From contig NC_087436.1 of assembly GCF_036321535.1 (NCBI RefSeq), forward strand, positions 31,808,001-31,872,000: DNA of 64,000 bases, read 5' to 3'. Both the position numbers and the translations under genes were made by a program. The DNA comes from Camelus dromedarius (lineage: Eukaryota). The notes under the pieces were generated by a model. It was given only the letters and a program-made list of their open reading frames with translations, was not told the origin of the DNA and did not search any database. How positions within the stretch are numbered: position 1 is the first letter of the stretch; each line of letters opens with the position of its first letter. Shown here in pieces: positions 27,455 through 40,790 of this stretch.

Positions 27455-28310
27455 GGAACAGCTTCAAATGCTAAAATATTTACTCTCTGGCCCTTTACAG
27501 AAAAAGTTTGCCAACCCCTGCTCTAAATGAGCTTTCTTTCTGCATTTATCTCATAAACATTCACTGAGTATCTACCATATTCTAGGTACTATTCTAGCTA
27601 CTGGAGGTGCAGGGATATCATAAGACAAACATGGGTCCTGCCATGTAAAAGCTTAGATTCTGTTGTGGGTGAGAAGAGACCAACAGTAAATATATACATT
27701 AATGAATAAATGGGACAACTTCAGATTATAAGTGCTGAGAACAAAATAAACAAAGATATTAATAAAGGGAGAATAATAAGGGAAGGGGACAGGTTGATCG
27801 GGGGGAACCTATCTGTGGCGGTGACATTTACACTAAGACCTAAAAGACAGGAAAGAACTGTGAGTAGGTCAGCATTACAGCCAGAGGAAATGAGGGCAAA
27901 GTCTCTAAGGCAGTTAAGAGGTTGGCTTAGTCAAGGGACACAAACAGGTTGCTGGTATTATGGTAGAATATGGTGGAAAGTGAAGATGGAAGGTAGGAAA
28001 GGGCCAAATCATCTATGGCCTTGGAAGATGACATGATCTCATGAATGGCATGAACTCAGAGATGTTTTAAAAGTCTCTCTCTGGTTGCCATGAGACAGGT
28101 TATAGAGAAGCAAGAGTGAGTTCTATTTAAGAGGTTATTGTAATAGTTCAGGCGAGACATGACTGAGATTTAGATGAAAATGTTGCCGTGAGAATGGAGA
28201 AAAGTGGAAGAATTAAGATATTTTGCAAGGAGAATTAATGAGATGAATTTGGGTATGAGCAGAGAGGAAACAGCATGAACCCTAGATTTCTGTTTGAGCA
28301 TCTAACTGGT
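27455..28310. mobile_element. MER58-like hAT end (~27455-27525) followed by antisense L2 (~27540-28310)
   Basis: aaaatatttactctctggccctttacagaaaaagtttgccaacccctg; aaacattcactgagtatctacc...ctaggtactattctag. Confidence 0.75.
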
Positions 28311-29001
28311 TGGTAGGTCTTGTCACCTTATCTATATCATCTTTGATAACTGAGTAACTGAGTCTCTGGAACTAAGAATTGTGCTTATGTATTAGAAAAA
28401 TTTTCAAAGTCATAAAAAGAATTTTTCTCAGTATTGAATCTTCTTAACTTTTACAAACATACTTTCTACAAGAGCTAATTGAACAAAAAAGCACTTCTTC
28501 AGCAAACTCTAGACTAAGCTCTTAGAAAATTGCAAGTAGTTCTCTCTTCAGAATAATAGCTTGTGTGTGCTTTCTGGCAGTGAAATGACCTCTCAGGGTT
28601 GCCATTTTGTCCTGAGATGTTGTGACTTTGCTTCTCCCTTTGGGAGATTGCTGCCAAAAGGCAGAGAACCATGGGTCACTGTGCAATGGGGGACGCCTGG
28701 CCCTCTCCATCCTCCCCATCAAGGACTGTGTGCAAGATGAGAACAGGCAACAGCCTAGAGATACTGAGATTTGTTTTGAAGCATTTAAAGAGGAAGCAAA
28801 TGCTCTGGGGAGGCTTTAAATTTCTTTCTACTTACAGAAGTTGAATTGTAAGAGCTATCTCTTTACCATTAATCACCAGGTCTAGTGTGAAGTCAGCCAA
28901 CTTCAGAGAGTTAGTTAAAAGAAGTAACTAATGACTCAGCTCTCTCCTTATCTCACTCTCTCTTCAGGTTTGATCTCACCAGACACTCAGGCTGCACTTA
29001 C

Positions 29002-29129
29002 CCACTCTCACAAGAGCTCTTCCAGGGTACTGCAGTATCCAGGGAGTTCTGTGTTTAGGCGCCTGTCCTGTAGTACCGTCCAAACGACTGATGGGGAACT
29101 TCACTGCCCAGTCCGGGGCATGAGTGGAG
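29002..29129 (-). pseudogene. Pseudo-exon 15 (128 nt, phase 1 to 0): PLMPRTGQ*SSPSVVWTVLQDRRLNTELPGYCSTLEELL*EW
   Basis: Acceptor tgatcttctgccttcag|, consensus donor TGG|gtaagt. QDR...EW resembles recalled GREB1 CVICQDRSSL...LELEDEW. Confidence 0.7.
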
Positions 29130-30811
29130 CTGAAGGCAGAAGATCAGATATATTAGGTCTGGAGAAACGTCCGAGTTGATGGTTTAGGCATGACCTAGAA
29201 TCCCTGGGATGTCTCGATCATTTTAGTTTAACAATTAAACCCTTATTATATAGAGAATCTTTTTTGAAGTTAGTTCTGAAAATCTGCTTTTGGTCTCCGC
29301 TCACTGGCTCCTGCAAGGACTTATTTTAGAAATAAGCTTTCAAGGTTATCCCTATTGTTCCAGTTTCAGTGATCAAAACATTCAAGACTGCATTTTTATT
29401 CTACTTCTTTGTAGTATTTGATCGTGTGTCTTTCTGAGTCTTAGGTTATACTAAGCAATTATTAGTTACTTTCAAGCCACAGATTCACTGCATAATCCCT
29501 GAGTATAACCAAGTATTATTACTCTCTCAGTGATATTCCTATGGAGCTGGTTGTTCAAATCACACGTATCTCCAATGACATCCACTCTCCTCTACAAATA
29601 TGGGGCTCCCACCACTCCCCTCTACCATGGTTGCAGGCTTCCAGGAGGCCCTTTGTCAGCATCCAGTTGGATATGTCTTAAGTCATGAAGTCAATAGGGA
29701 AAAATAAAGGTTGGAAATACACCCACGTAATGCTAGTGAATTTGTTTAACTATTTAAGGCTGTATCTCAAAGTATAAGTGTGTTGCAGTATGTTTTGTAA
29801 AGTAGTGTTTATAATCCATTGAGCTTTCAAAATAAATCTTTCCTGTTAAGCCTGCATTGAGAAGCAGGGTAAATTTGCTAGAGTACTTTTTTGTGTGATA
29901 ATTACAGGACTTGCAGATTAGCATGAATGAGTTGGCAAGGTTCTGTAGCTAATAAAAATTGTAACATTCAACTGCGTCAGGGTTCCTTATGAGGAAAACA
30001 TTAACCATTCCTGATATGCCAGTTTTGAGTTCAAGCTGGCACATTAATAAATTCTTAGGGAAAAGTACCTTTCAAATGACATATGGTCCAACATTCCCCG
30101 TAATAAAAGACACAGTTCTGCTATTCAGAGATTTGAAGCTAACAGTAGATGAAATAATAAAAGATAAAGTCCATGAATTAGAAGATATTTAATAAATGTT
30201 TTTTCAGGCAATAATTATTTTGCCAGTCAGGCTATACAACTCTTTATTAGAACCATATGTGAAATATTGAAGTACTGTACTGAACTCTAAGAGCATATTA
30301 CCATTTATTTAGTGAATATTTGTGAAATACTTACTATGTGCCAGGCACCATTTTAGGAGCAGGAGATGAAAATCCCAACAGACAGTCCTGTCTGAACACA
30401 TTGCTCAGAGAGCCCATGACTAGAATCACTTAAGCTACTTCAGACTGGTTGAAACTGTCATTCAAACTGCATGTGGTTGACTTCGAGGATTGCAAAGGAG
30501 TAAGTCCTCTGTTCCAACATTTAGAAGCTCCTGGCCACCAGTGGCTCTACTGACCACTTCTCAGCTGCCTTGGGAGTCCAAGTTCCAACCAACTATATAG
30601 TTATATCATCTACTCAAGTGTTCTAAGGCATCTGCCTTTAACTTTGGCAAGCTCACTCATAACCCCAAAGTGGGAGGAGATAGATCTCATCTGTGTTTAG
30701 CAAAAACAAACAAAACAAAACAACAACAACAACAAAACAAAAACTTTTCCAACTGGAAGGGAAGAAAAGAAATTTTTACTAGGTTTTCCATTAACCACTA
30801 ACTTCATGACC

Positions 30812-31730
30812 CTTTTTTTAAAAAATAGTTTTAGATTCATGGAAGAATTGAGAAGGTAGTACAGAGTTCCCATATTACATCCCCACCCCACCCAACCTCC
30901 AGGTTTCCCCTATTATTGACATCTTACATTAGCATGGTACGTGTTACAATTAATGAACCAATATTGGTACATTATTAATATCTAAAGCCCGTATTTATTT
31001 AGATAGCCTTAATTTTTTACCTAATGTCCTTTTTCGGTTCTAGGAAACCACATTATATTTTAGTTGTCATGTCTCCTTAGGCTCTTTTTGGCTGTAACTG
31101 TTTCTCAGACTTTCTTTGTTTTTGATGACCTTAACAGTTTTGAGAAGAGCTGGTCAGGTATATTGTAGAATGTTCCTCAATTAAAATTTGTCTGATGTCT
31201 TTCTTATGCTTATTTTGGGGGTTATGGGATGTTGAGAAGAAGTTCGCTGGGTATAGTGCCATTTTCATCACATCATATCCACAGTACTATCAACATGATC
31301 TGTGACTATGATGTTGCCCTTGATTACCTGGCTGAGGTAATCTGTCGTAATCTGAGGGGTCTGTTGGGCTTCTCCACTGGAAAGTTACTCTTTTCTCCTT
31401 TCTCCCTTTCCCATACTGACCTCTTTGGGAGGAAGTCACTGTGGGAAGCTCACACTTGGGAAGCTCACATCTACATAAATTATTTGGAATTCTGCACATG
31501 AGAACAAGAGGTTTGTCTCTTCTTCCCTATTTATTATTCAATAATTTATATTAGTATAAACTTGTGGATATTTATATGTTTGGTTATAATCCAATACTAC
31601 AGTAATTTATTATTTAGTTGCTTGAACTGTCCCAATTTTGGCTACTGGGAGCTCTTTAGTTGACTCCTATGATCCTTTGACATTCCTCATCAATATGGCA
31701 TTTTGTTTTGTTTTGATTTTTGAGCACTTC
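30812..31730 (-). mobile_element. L1MD-type 3' end
   Basis: ttttagattcatggaagaattgagaaggtagtacagagttcccata...gttacaattaatgaaccaatattg...ggtcaggtatattgtagaatg. Confidence 0.85.
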
Positions 31731-31889
31731 ATGATTCCTTTTCAGTCTAAGAAACAATCTTTAATAGTCAATCTCTAATATTGAGATTCAGGCAGTAGGA
31801 AAGATATTTATTCAGATATTTGGTTCAAGCTTCTCAAATTCTGTGATGAAGTTACCCATTATTTTAGGCTCATTTGAAGATAGAAACTG

Positions 31890-33196
31890 CAGAGGGAACA
31901 TACCCCAACATAATAAAGGCCACCGTAGGACAAACCCACAGTTAATATCATACTCAACAGAGAAAAGCTGAAAGCGTTTCCTCTAAGATCAGGAGCAAGA
32001 TAAGGATGCCCACTCTGTCCACTTTTATTCAACATAGTTTTGGAAATCCTAGCCACAGCAATCAGAGAAGAGAAAGAACTAAAAGGAATCCAAATGAAAG
32101 GAAATAAAACTGTCACTGTTTGCAGATGATATGATACTATACACAGAAAATCCTAAAGACACTACCAGAAAACTGCTAGAGTTCATCAATGAATTTGGCG
32201 AAGTTGCTGTATACAAAATTAACATACAGAAATCTGTTGCATTTCTATACACTAACAACAAAGTATCAGAAAGATAAATTTAGGAAAAAATCTCATTTAC
32301 CATCACATCAAAAAGAATAAAATACCTAGGAATAAACCTACCTAAGGAGGCAAAAGTCTTATACTCTGAAAACTAGAAGATGCTGATGAAATTGAAGACG
32401 ACACAAACAGATGGAAAGATATACCGTGTTCTTGAATTGAAAGAATCAATATTATTAAAATGACCATACCACCCAAGGCAACACTCTTTGACATAAATCA
32501 CAGCAATATATTTTTTCAGATCAGTCTCCTAGAGTATTGGAAATAAAAACAAAAATAAACAAATGGGACCTAATTAAACTTAAAGTCTTTTGCACAGCAA
32601 AGGAAACCATAAACAAATGAAAAGACAAACTATGGACTGGGAGAAAATATTTGCAAATGATGCTATCAACGAGGGATTAATTTCCAAAATATACAAACAG
32701 CTCATATAGCTTAATACCAAAAAAAGCAAACAACCCAATCAAAAAATGGGCAGGAGACCTAAATAGACATTTCTCAAAAGATGTACAGTTGGCCAACAGG
32801 CACATAGAAAGATGCTCCATATCGCTAATTATTGGAGAAATGCAAGTCAAAACTACAATGAGGTCTCCCCTTACACTGGTCAGAATGGCCATCATTAAAA
32901 AATCCACAAACAATAAATGTTAGAGAGGGTATGGAGAAAAGGGAACCCTCCTACACTGTTGGTGGGGATGCAAATTTGTGCAGCCATTATGGAGAACAAT
33001 ATGGAAGTTCCTTAGAAAACTAAAAATAGATTTACCATATGATCCAGTAGTCCCACTCCTGGGCATATATCCAGAGAAAACTCTAATTCAAAAAGATGCA
33101 CCCCAGTGTTCATAGCAGCACTATTTAAAATAGCCAAGACGTGGAAGCAACTTAAATGTTCATCAGCAGTTGAATGGATAAAGATGTGGTGTATAC

Positions 33197-33247
<51 letters not shown>

Positions 33248-33788
33248 TTTTTACACATACACATATGTATGTATATATGTATATATATATAAAACGGAAT
33301 ATTACTCAGCCATTAAAAAGAATAAAATAATGCCATTTGCAACAACATGGATGGACTGAGAGATTATCATATTAGGTGAAGTAGGTTAGACAGAGAAAGA
33401 CAAATATCATATGATATCACTTATATGGGAAATCTAAAAAAATGATACAAATGAATTTACTTACAAAACAGAAAAAGCCTCACAGCTATAGAAAACAAAC
33501 TTATGGTTACCACAGGGGAAAGCTGGGTTGGGGGAGGGGAGGGATAAATTAGGAGTTTGGGATTAACATATACACACTACTATATATGAAATAGATAAAA
33601 AACAAGGACCTACTGTACAGCACAGGGAACTATATTCACTATCTTGTAATAACCTATAATGGAAAAGAATCTAAAAAAGAACACATAACTATGTATAACT
33701 GAATCACTTTGCTGTACACCTGAAACTAACACAACATTTTAAACTAACTAAACTTCAATTGAAAAAATGGTTAATTAAAAAAAAAACA
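31890..33788 (+). mobile_element. 5'-truncated artiodactyl-type L1 (ORF2 RT/C-terminal remnants plus 3'UTR) with internal deletion
   Basis: aaggatgcccactc, ctgtttgcagatgatatgata (FADD region), 3'UTR and A-tail. TSD aagatagaaactg 31877-31889 / aagatataaactg 33789-33801. Confidence 0.92.
33195..33290 (+). repeat. (CA)n / (TA)n microsatellite inside the L1
   Basis: Direct reading. Confidence 0.95.
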
Positions 33789-33899
33789 AAGATATAAACT
33801 GTGCTGTTCACCTCCCACTCCTGCCCCTGCCTGGGCACAGAAAGAGAGTTAATCGTAGCCTTCCACTCATAGTACATTAGCATCACTGGTGTATGCAGG

Positions 33900-35850
33900 T
33901 TTTCACTCTTATTATTCTACTTATTTCATCTCTTTTATCTCCTTTCCCATTTTTCCTTCCCTCTCCCAACCCCAGGAAACTATTCTCATATATTTAATGC
34001 GTATTAATTTGGTTGTGCATACTCTTTCTTGCAAATGTATATTGTTCCGTGCTCAAGTATTCTTAACTTAAGCAAATGGTATCGTATTATATGTTTTATT
34101 CTTTTTTTACTCAGCTATATTTTTAATGTGGCTATGTGTGCATCTGTACCTTGCTTCTAACCCCTTGTTGGTACTCTGTATTTCTTCTATTCCCTTTCCC
34201 TGATTAACTGCCCATAACCACAAAAAAACAAAACAAAACAAAAAAACCCTTCAACAAACATCCTTGTAACATATCCTTGAATGGATCTGTGTGAGAATTT
34301 CTTTGAGATGTGTCCACTCAGAAGCAGAACTGCTGGATCCTAGAATATCTACATACTTAATTTAACTAAGTAGAGCCAGATTGTGCTTCCAAATTATCCT
34401 GGCCTACATTCTAATCATAACATATCCTCACCAACATATTGCATTAGCTAGCTAATATTTTCCAGGCTAATAATTATAAAGTACCATTGTGTTGTTGTTT
34501 TAATTTTAATTTATCTAACTATTAGTTACTTTGAGCAGCTCTTCACATGCACCTTGGCCTTTCAGTTTGCTCACTTATAAATTGCCTGTTTGTAACCTTT
34601 GCCCATTTTCCCTTTGAGTTTGCTGGCATTTTCTTGTTGAACCGCAAGAGTTCCTTGAATTTTCTAGACACTAATCTCTTCATAGTTTTAGATAATACAA
34701 ATATCTTCTCCATTCTGTCATCTCCTTATTGTGTTCTTCCTTAAAGAGAAATTCTTAATTTTGATCTAATCAAATACATCACTATTTACTTTTTGAAATC
34801 TTGTTTTAAAGTCCTTACCAGGCTACTCTCCTTTCTGAGACAGACTGCATTCTGTATATGGAATGTGTATCTCTCTAAATAAACTTGCTTTCACTTTACT
34901 ATGGCTCGCTCTTGAATTCTTTCCTGTGCAAGACAAGAACCTGCTCCTTGGTAATACTTTCTATCTGCTAGATTGGATGCTGCCTGATTTGAATCAATTT
35001 TTGCTTAAATAACCCTTAAAAAAAGTCCTTACCTAATTATTATTATCTCTTATAGGTGCATTGATAGTATCGTGGACACATACAGAAATGTGTCCATATT
35101 TTTAAGAGTACACTGTGGACTATATAGGACGAAGTGATATAAAATCTTGGATTTGTTTTAAGACACTTTGACAAAGTAAAAAAAAAAATAAATGAAAAAG
35201 GGATAGAAGAAGCAAACATGACAAAATCTTACTAATTTTAAAATCTGGGTGATGGCTATATGGAAGCTCATTGTTCTATTTTCTCCACTTTTGACGTACT
35301 TGAAATTTTTCAATACAGAAAAATGAAAAACAAGCTCTTTCCTTCCCCTAGGTTACAAATAGTTTTCTACACTTTCTTTTATTAGTTTAAAAATTTTAAC
35401 TTTCATGTTTAGGTCTTTAATCCATTTGTGGTTTTTGGCAGGTATCCACTTATAATTTTTCTTATATAATGAGTAAGTTTTCCCCAAACTATCTACTAAA
35501 TTATCTTCTTTTCATTGTTTTGTGGCACCACAGAATTAACAATAATTATCACATATACATTGATGTATCTCTGTCCATTCTATTCTGTTCCATTCATTGA
35601 TTTATTCTTGTGCCAATACTACCCTGTTTTTATTACTTTTAGTATATGTGGCTTTTTAGTGTAACTTAATATCCCTTTATGGTTATTTTAAAAAATTAAG
35701 TTAGCTATTTATATGTCTTTTCTATATGAACTTTAAATATGCTTATTAAGTTCTTTTTAAAATGTTAATATTTTGATTAAGATTGTACTGAGTTTATAGA
35801 TACAATTTGAAAGAATTGACAGGTTTATAATTATTTCATATCTTTTTTCC
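33900..35850 (-). mobile_element. Old antisense L1ME-type fragment, interrupted by an LTR-derived retrocopy and a sense L1MC 3' end (~35050-35330)
   Basis: cctttgcccattttcc, tttcatgtttaggtctttaatccatt, ttcttgtgccaatactaccctgtttttattac. Confidence 0.65.
34820..35021 (+). mobile_element. 202-bp ERV1-LTR-derived sequence inserted by L1 machinery
   Basis: LTR-type aataaacttgctttcactttac...gctcttgaattctttcctg, short A-tail, exact TSD AAAGTCCTTACC at 34808-34819 and 35022-35033, TTTT/AAAG target site. Confidence 0.7.
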
Positions 35851-36981
35851 TATCATACTGACTTAATAAAGAAATGATCCTGTATCTCTTCTATCAGAAT
35901 CTGGCCAATCCACGTTGTCTACTAACAAGCTAGAATTTAATTGAATAGTAGTAAAAGTGGATGTAACTGGCCAAAATACTAAGTGGGTAGCAAAGAAACC
36001 AGAAGCCAAAGTTAGGAAAAGATTTTCATTGCACTCATAATTATTCTTGGTCCTCTGCTAGATTCTATACCCAAAAAAGACATAAGTTTATCATTACATC
36101 ATTTGGGGGGGGGGTTACATTTAAACAGACAACATTGAGTGCATAAAAGGACAGGATTTAGGACAGGAAGAAGTCAGCTAATCAGAGAATGGACTAATGT
36201 GTTTCTAGCATACAAAAGTACAGACTAAATGCATATTAGGGGACAAATGAGAGCGTGGGAAAAGAGAGGCGAGATAGCAGGGCAGAGAAAGTGTTAGAAG
36301 ATACCAAGATTTATTGTTGCCTGAAAAAAGTAAGCTAAAATGTGTATAAAATGACTGTCATTTATGTGAAAAAGGAAAAAATGTGCATCTATATATTTTT
36401 TCTTATATATATATAGTATCTCTGGGAGAATACAAAAATAGCATTGGTTGTTTGCAGGAACGGAAATAGGTTAGCTAGAATGAGAACAGAGGGGAGAAAG
36501 ACTTCTTATTGTATATATTTTTATATTTCTTTTAAATTGAATAATGTAAATTATCTATTTTTAAAATTTTTAAAATTAAACTTAAAAAGCTCATGGGTCA
36601 GATAATAAAATTTCCTGAATGTTTATGGCATGGCAGGCATGCATGCATACACACTTGTATAATACATCAAAAGAGTTTTGTATCACAATGCCACTAATTC
36701 AACTCTATATTAATTAAAAAGGAAAAAAAGAAAGGAAGACACCACAGCAGAAGTTCCAAGTCTGTCATCAAGACCTAAGAGCCACATAGAACACCCACCA
36801 ATGTGAAAAGAGCAGAACCAGCAACCAGATACCCAAGAGGTAGGTCTATGTCACCCTTGATGTCCTGGAGTAATCTTTAGAGTAGAGACTAAAAGAGATT
36901 CAACTGTGAGTACAATCTCGGTCAACTATTTTATACCACCTGCCATGAGGATGTTGGAAAAGCAACTTGGTCAGCTTCTTC

Positions 36982-37114
36982 CTTCTCCCAGCCAGCTGAA
37001 ATCTATGTCCTAAGTTTAATGATGGAGTATTGATCTCTCTAGTATAAGAACTGATAATCACTCAGCTATCCCAGCAACTTCATTGCCAACCATTAAAAGG
37101 TTGCAGACAATTCA
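36982..37114 (-). pseudogene. Pseudo-exon 14 (133 nt, phase 0 to 1): *IVCNLLMVGNEVAGIAE*LSVLILERSILHH*T*DIDFSWLGE
   Basis: Strong acceptor ctctcttctcttgtttacag|. Donor lost (G|gaagaa), so the 3' end is inferred. LSVLIL...FSWLGE resembles recalled FSGLLL...FHFLKG. Confidence 0.5.
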
Positions 37115-37191
37115 CTGTAAACAAGAGAAGAGAGCTTTCTGTACCTCATAGGTTAAGAGCTAACGGTAAGACTCAACAGTCAAAATCTTAC

Positions 37192-37369
37192 ATTTTACAG
37201 GTAATTACTTCTGAGTGATAGATAATCCCTAACTTCGTTTATGTATCTGAGTTTTATCCTTGCTACCACCAGCATTGGTAAGTTTACATCATCTTGACAA
37301 TTACCTGGGATACATTCATTGATAGTATGTCCATTATACATAGTTGTATAGATCTATGTTAAAATTCCT
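37192..37369 (-). pseudogene. Pseudo-exon 13 (178 nt, phase 2 to 0): GILT*IYTTMYNGHTINECIPGNCQDDVNLPMLVVARIKLRYINEVRDYLSLRSNYL*N
   Basis: Acceptor tttaatttag|, donor AAT|gtaaga. P..LPMLVV..YIN resembles recalled FFP..HPVLSVDCYLN. Confidence 0.6.
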
Positions 37370-37829
37370 CTAAATTAAATTTTGCATATTGCTTTTTAAA
37401 ATTCCTTATTTTTTCCCAGCACATACATTCTGATTTCTTAAAGTTTAACCTTAACAGATTCTCTTCTTGCTCTTTTTTGAAATGTTTAATTATGTTCTAT
37501 GTTATGGTTCTACTTTGAATTTTTCACATAAAATATTTTCTCTGAAAACTATCATTTAACAGTTATGTTACGTTCCTTACTGCTACAGTTGAAAATTTTA
37601 TGCCTTATTTTTAAGCACTCTTTATTATAACTTACTTGGAATCATAGATATAAACAAAGATTTAGAATGGGATCAGGTTCACACAAATTTTTTAGGTTGT
37701 CCAAATCCAGAAACTCATTTTCTACCAAAATATTGGAGAAGTCAACTTAATTTAAAGCTTTATTAATGAGAGCAAGTATAAATTCTATTAAAAATCCAAA
37801 ATGCTACTGCAGTTAATTACATGGACAAT

Positions 37830-38030
37830 GTAGCCAGACTGCTTGGGATCAAATCCCAGGGCTACCACTTAATAACTGTGTAACCATGAATAAGAGATTA
37901 AACTTCTCTGTGCCTCAGTTTTCTTATCTGCAGAGTTGGGCTAGTAATGGTACCTACCCCATAAGTTTGTTAAGAAGATTATGAGTAAATATGTATGAAG
38001 TACTTAGAACAGTGTTGATGTAGTAAGTTT
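37830..38030 (+). mobile_element. MIR SINE
   Basis: agccagactgcttgggatcaaatcccagg...aacttctctgtgcctcagttttcttatctg...gtacttagaacagtg. Confidence 0.85.
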
Positions 38031-38533
38031 ATTATTTCTATCCGAACAAGTAATTTGTGGATCTACTTTGTTTTCTTTTTTACTTTCCTTTTTTAATATA
38101 ATTTTTTAAACTTTCTTTCAAATAGTTTTCCTGTTTTAGAACAGCTCTAGACACTCATCATCATCAAAATATATTATTCAGTGTTTGTGCTGGTGTACCT
38201 CAATTTCCCACAGAAAAAGTTAGCCATGACTTTATCAAAGCTCAAGCTCAGTTTTGGTAGGTAACATAGGTCATTTATTTTCTCATTCTATTTCGTTTTC
38301 TGAATAGTTTCTTCTCGTCCTCAACTAGATGCCACTTAAGGTGATAATCAAGTTGAGAAGCAAGTTAGGGAAAAGCCAATCTGACTTTCAGAGCCCTATG
38401 AGTGTTTATGAGCAAAATGAAGAAAGATTCAGACATATCTAGTGAATGCCCCAGGAGGATGAAAAGGACAACAACTTCAACCAATAAAGCACAGTTACTA
38501 CAGAAGCTTTTCCACATCACAACACACCCTGAC

Positions 38534-38584
38534 CTTATTCTGAGAGCTTTTCGCTACTTAATCCTTTGATGGACGTCTTATGCA
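38534..38584 (-). pseudogene. Pseudo-exon 12 (51 nt)
   Basis: Very strong acceptor ctgtccttgctctcgtcccctctag| and donor AAG|gtcagg; length is a multiple of 3; stops in all three frames. Confidence 0.55.
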
Positions 38585-39709
38585 CTAGAGGGGACGAGAG
38601 CAAGGACAGAATAGGCCATAGTTTAGGAGAGAATAAGGTACAAAGATTCAGAGGAAAAAGATGAGGAGAATTTTTTTTATTTTAAAAGAACAAGTTTTTG
38701 ACAAAGAAGTAATGGGAACAGGAATGGAGAAGGGAAATGCCATAAGAAACTTCATATCCAGGGAGAAATGTGGGAATAAATACAGTGCTTAGTAGACGCA
38801 ATAAGCACAGTTCTACTCTGAAAGGAGAAATCAAAGGGAAAAAAATCAGAGAATATGTGGGAAAATAAAAAGCACCTGAAAGGATGAACCTGAAAAGAAG
38901 AAAAGAGCTTAAATTCCCATCAGTGTTTGAGAGAGTGAGGAAAGGTTTTCTTCCTTTTCAAGATTCCCATGCCCTCTGAAAAGAGTCACTAAGATGCAGC
39001 AGTCTTTGTGGCATTCACGTCTCCAACCCCATTACCCCTCTTTTGACACTTATTTTCATTCAAATAGGTTGAAGATCACTCTTACTAGCAACTTGCCAAT
39101 TCATATTTCAAAAGTCTGTAAGAGATGATGCCCTTGGAATTGTGTCTTAGGGGCTGGCCATTGGATCACACAGCTCTAGGCTCTCCCTGCACAGCCACAG
39201 CAGCAGGGGGCAGGGTGAAAGTCAGCTCAGCAGGTTAGAGCTTAAGGGCTCAGGTTACTTCCTCATGCGACCCAGTTGGCTTTGCTTTCTTTGTGGTGCA
39301 AACCGAATCTCCAGGCCCAGCCACCTGCCCCAAAGCTGCCAATGGCCAAAGGGTGTCAGCTTCTTACATAGCCTGAGGATCTATGCACAATTTAGCCCAG
39401 AGAGCTTGATGGCTTGCCGCAGGGAGGATCAGAATTAGAACATGGTGGCCTAACTCAAAATGCACTTTCACTATGGAGGTGAGATTTGTGGAGTCTAAGA
39501 ATTGCCATGTGAGGCTTTAGTAAAGAGCCTTCATTTCCTGGGAGACTATTTGGGCAACTTTCCCCCTTTCCTTCTTTACTGCCTCTATTAGATTGATAAT
39601 GTTTTATGTTGTGCTTCCCCCCTACCCCATCCCAGTCCTCTCTGTCTTCCCTTTACCCTATGCTGGTTTGGAAGCTATGATGTTTCATTTCTTTTAGTGG
39701 TTTCCATTA

Positions 39710-40790
39710 TTTTTTTTTAAATGGGATTTCTCAAAAACATGCAAATAGAGTGAACAGCATAAATTTTCCAGTGTATGCATTGCCTAGCTTCTTCAGGTAT
39801 AAATAAATAGCCAATTTTGTTCTACCTCTGATTATTTTGAAGAAATCCTAGACAGTACATCATTTTACCTACACATATGTCACTATGTATCTCTAAAAAC
39901 TAAAGACTTTTCTAAATATATATATATATATAATTACAATACTATTATCACACCTAAAAACATTAAAAATAATCCCTTAATATTATCAAATATCCAGTTA
40001 GTGTTCACATTTCCCCCATTGTCTTCACATGTCTTACAATTTTTTTCTTTTTCTTTTTTTTTTACAGTTTCTTTGGGTCGGTATCTAAATAAGGTCCATA
40101 CATTGCAATTGTTTGTAAAGTATTTTATCTCTCTACCCCATCCCTCAGTTTCCCGTCCTTCCCTCACTCTATTTTATCTTGTAATTTGTTTTTTAAGTGA
40201 AGAAGATTTTTTCTACCTACTGAGTTTCCCACAGTCTAGTTTTTGCTGATTGCATCCTTGTAATGTTCTTTAAGAAAATATGTTCCACTGTCTCTTATGT
40301 TTCCTGCGAAACTGTGGTTAGATCTAAAGGCTTGAGTAGAGTCAAGGCTGTGTGTGTGTGTGATGTTGCTGGCAAGATGACTTCATAGATGGTGCTGCAC
40401 ACGTCTATCAGGAGACACATAATGTCTGATTGTCTCATGACATCAGCCATTGATGGTCATTGCTTAGAATCGGTAGTTGATTAGGGACTACAAATGACCA
40501 TCTTTTGGGGGGGGGGGCCTCTGTTTATTAGCTGGAAACTTTTTGTAGAAAAGAACATCTCCCCATCAAAAATTTAGTTATACTGAAATGCAGATCTTAT
40601 GGAAAGGACAGGATAAGTTCTTAATTCTGTCTCTTTATTCACCTGATTATACATTAGCCAATGTATAATCCTCCAGGATTATACAATGTATAATTCCCAG
40701 CATCCTCCAAAGGTGATCAATAAGACTGGGCATCTGTATTTTGGGGGGAGAAGGGAGGAATCTCATTATGAACTAAAGGATTTAAACACA
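39710..40790 (-). mobile_element. L1MC4/5-type 3'UTR
   Basis: cataattacaatactattatcacacctaa-like segment, aataaggtccatacattgcaattg, catagatggtgctgcacacgtctatcaggagacacataatgtc. Confidence 0.75.

Noticed and set aside
28931..29179. Plus-strand 82-aa ORF and the stop-free alternative minus frame (STHAPDWAVKFP...) over pseudo-exon 15
   Set aside because: No recognisable homology; the stop-containing frame is the one fitting neighbouring phases and GREB1-like motifs. A repurposed short ORF cannot be fully excluded.
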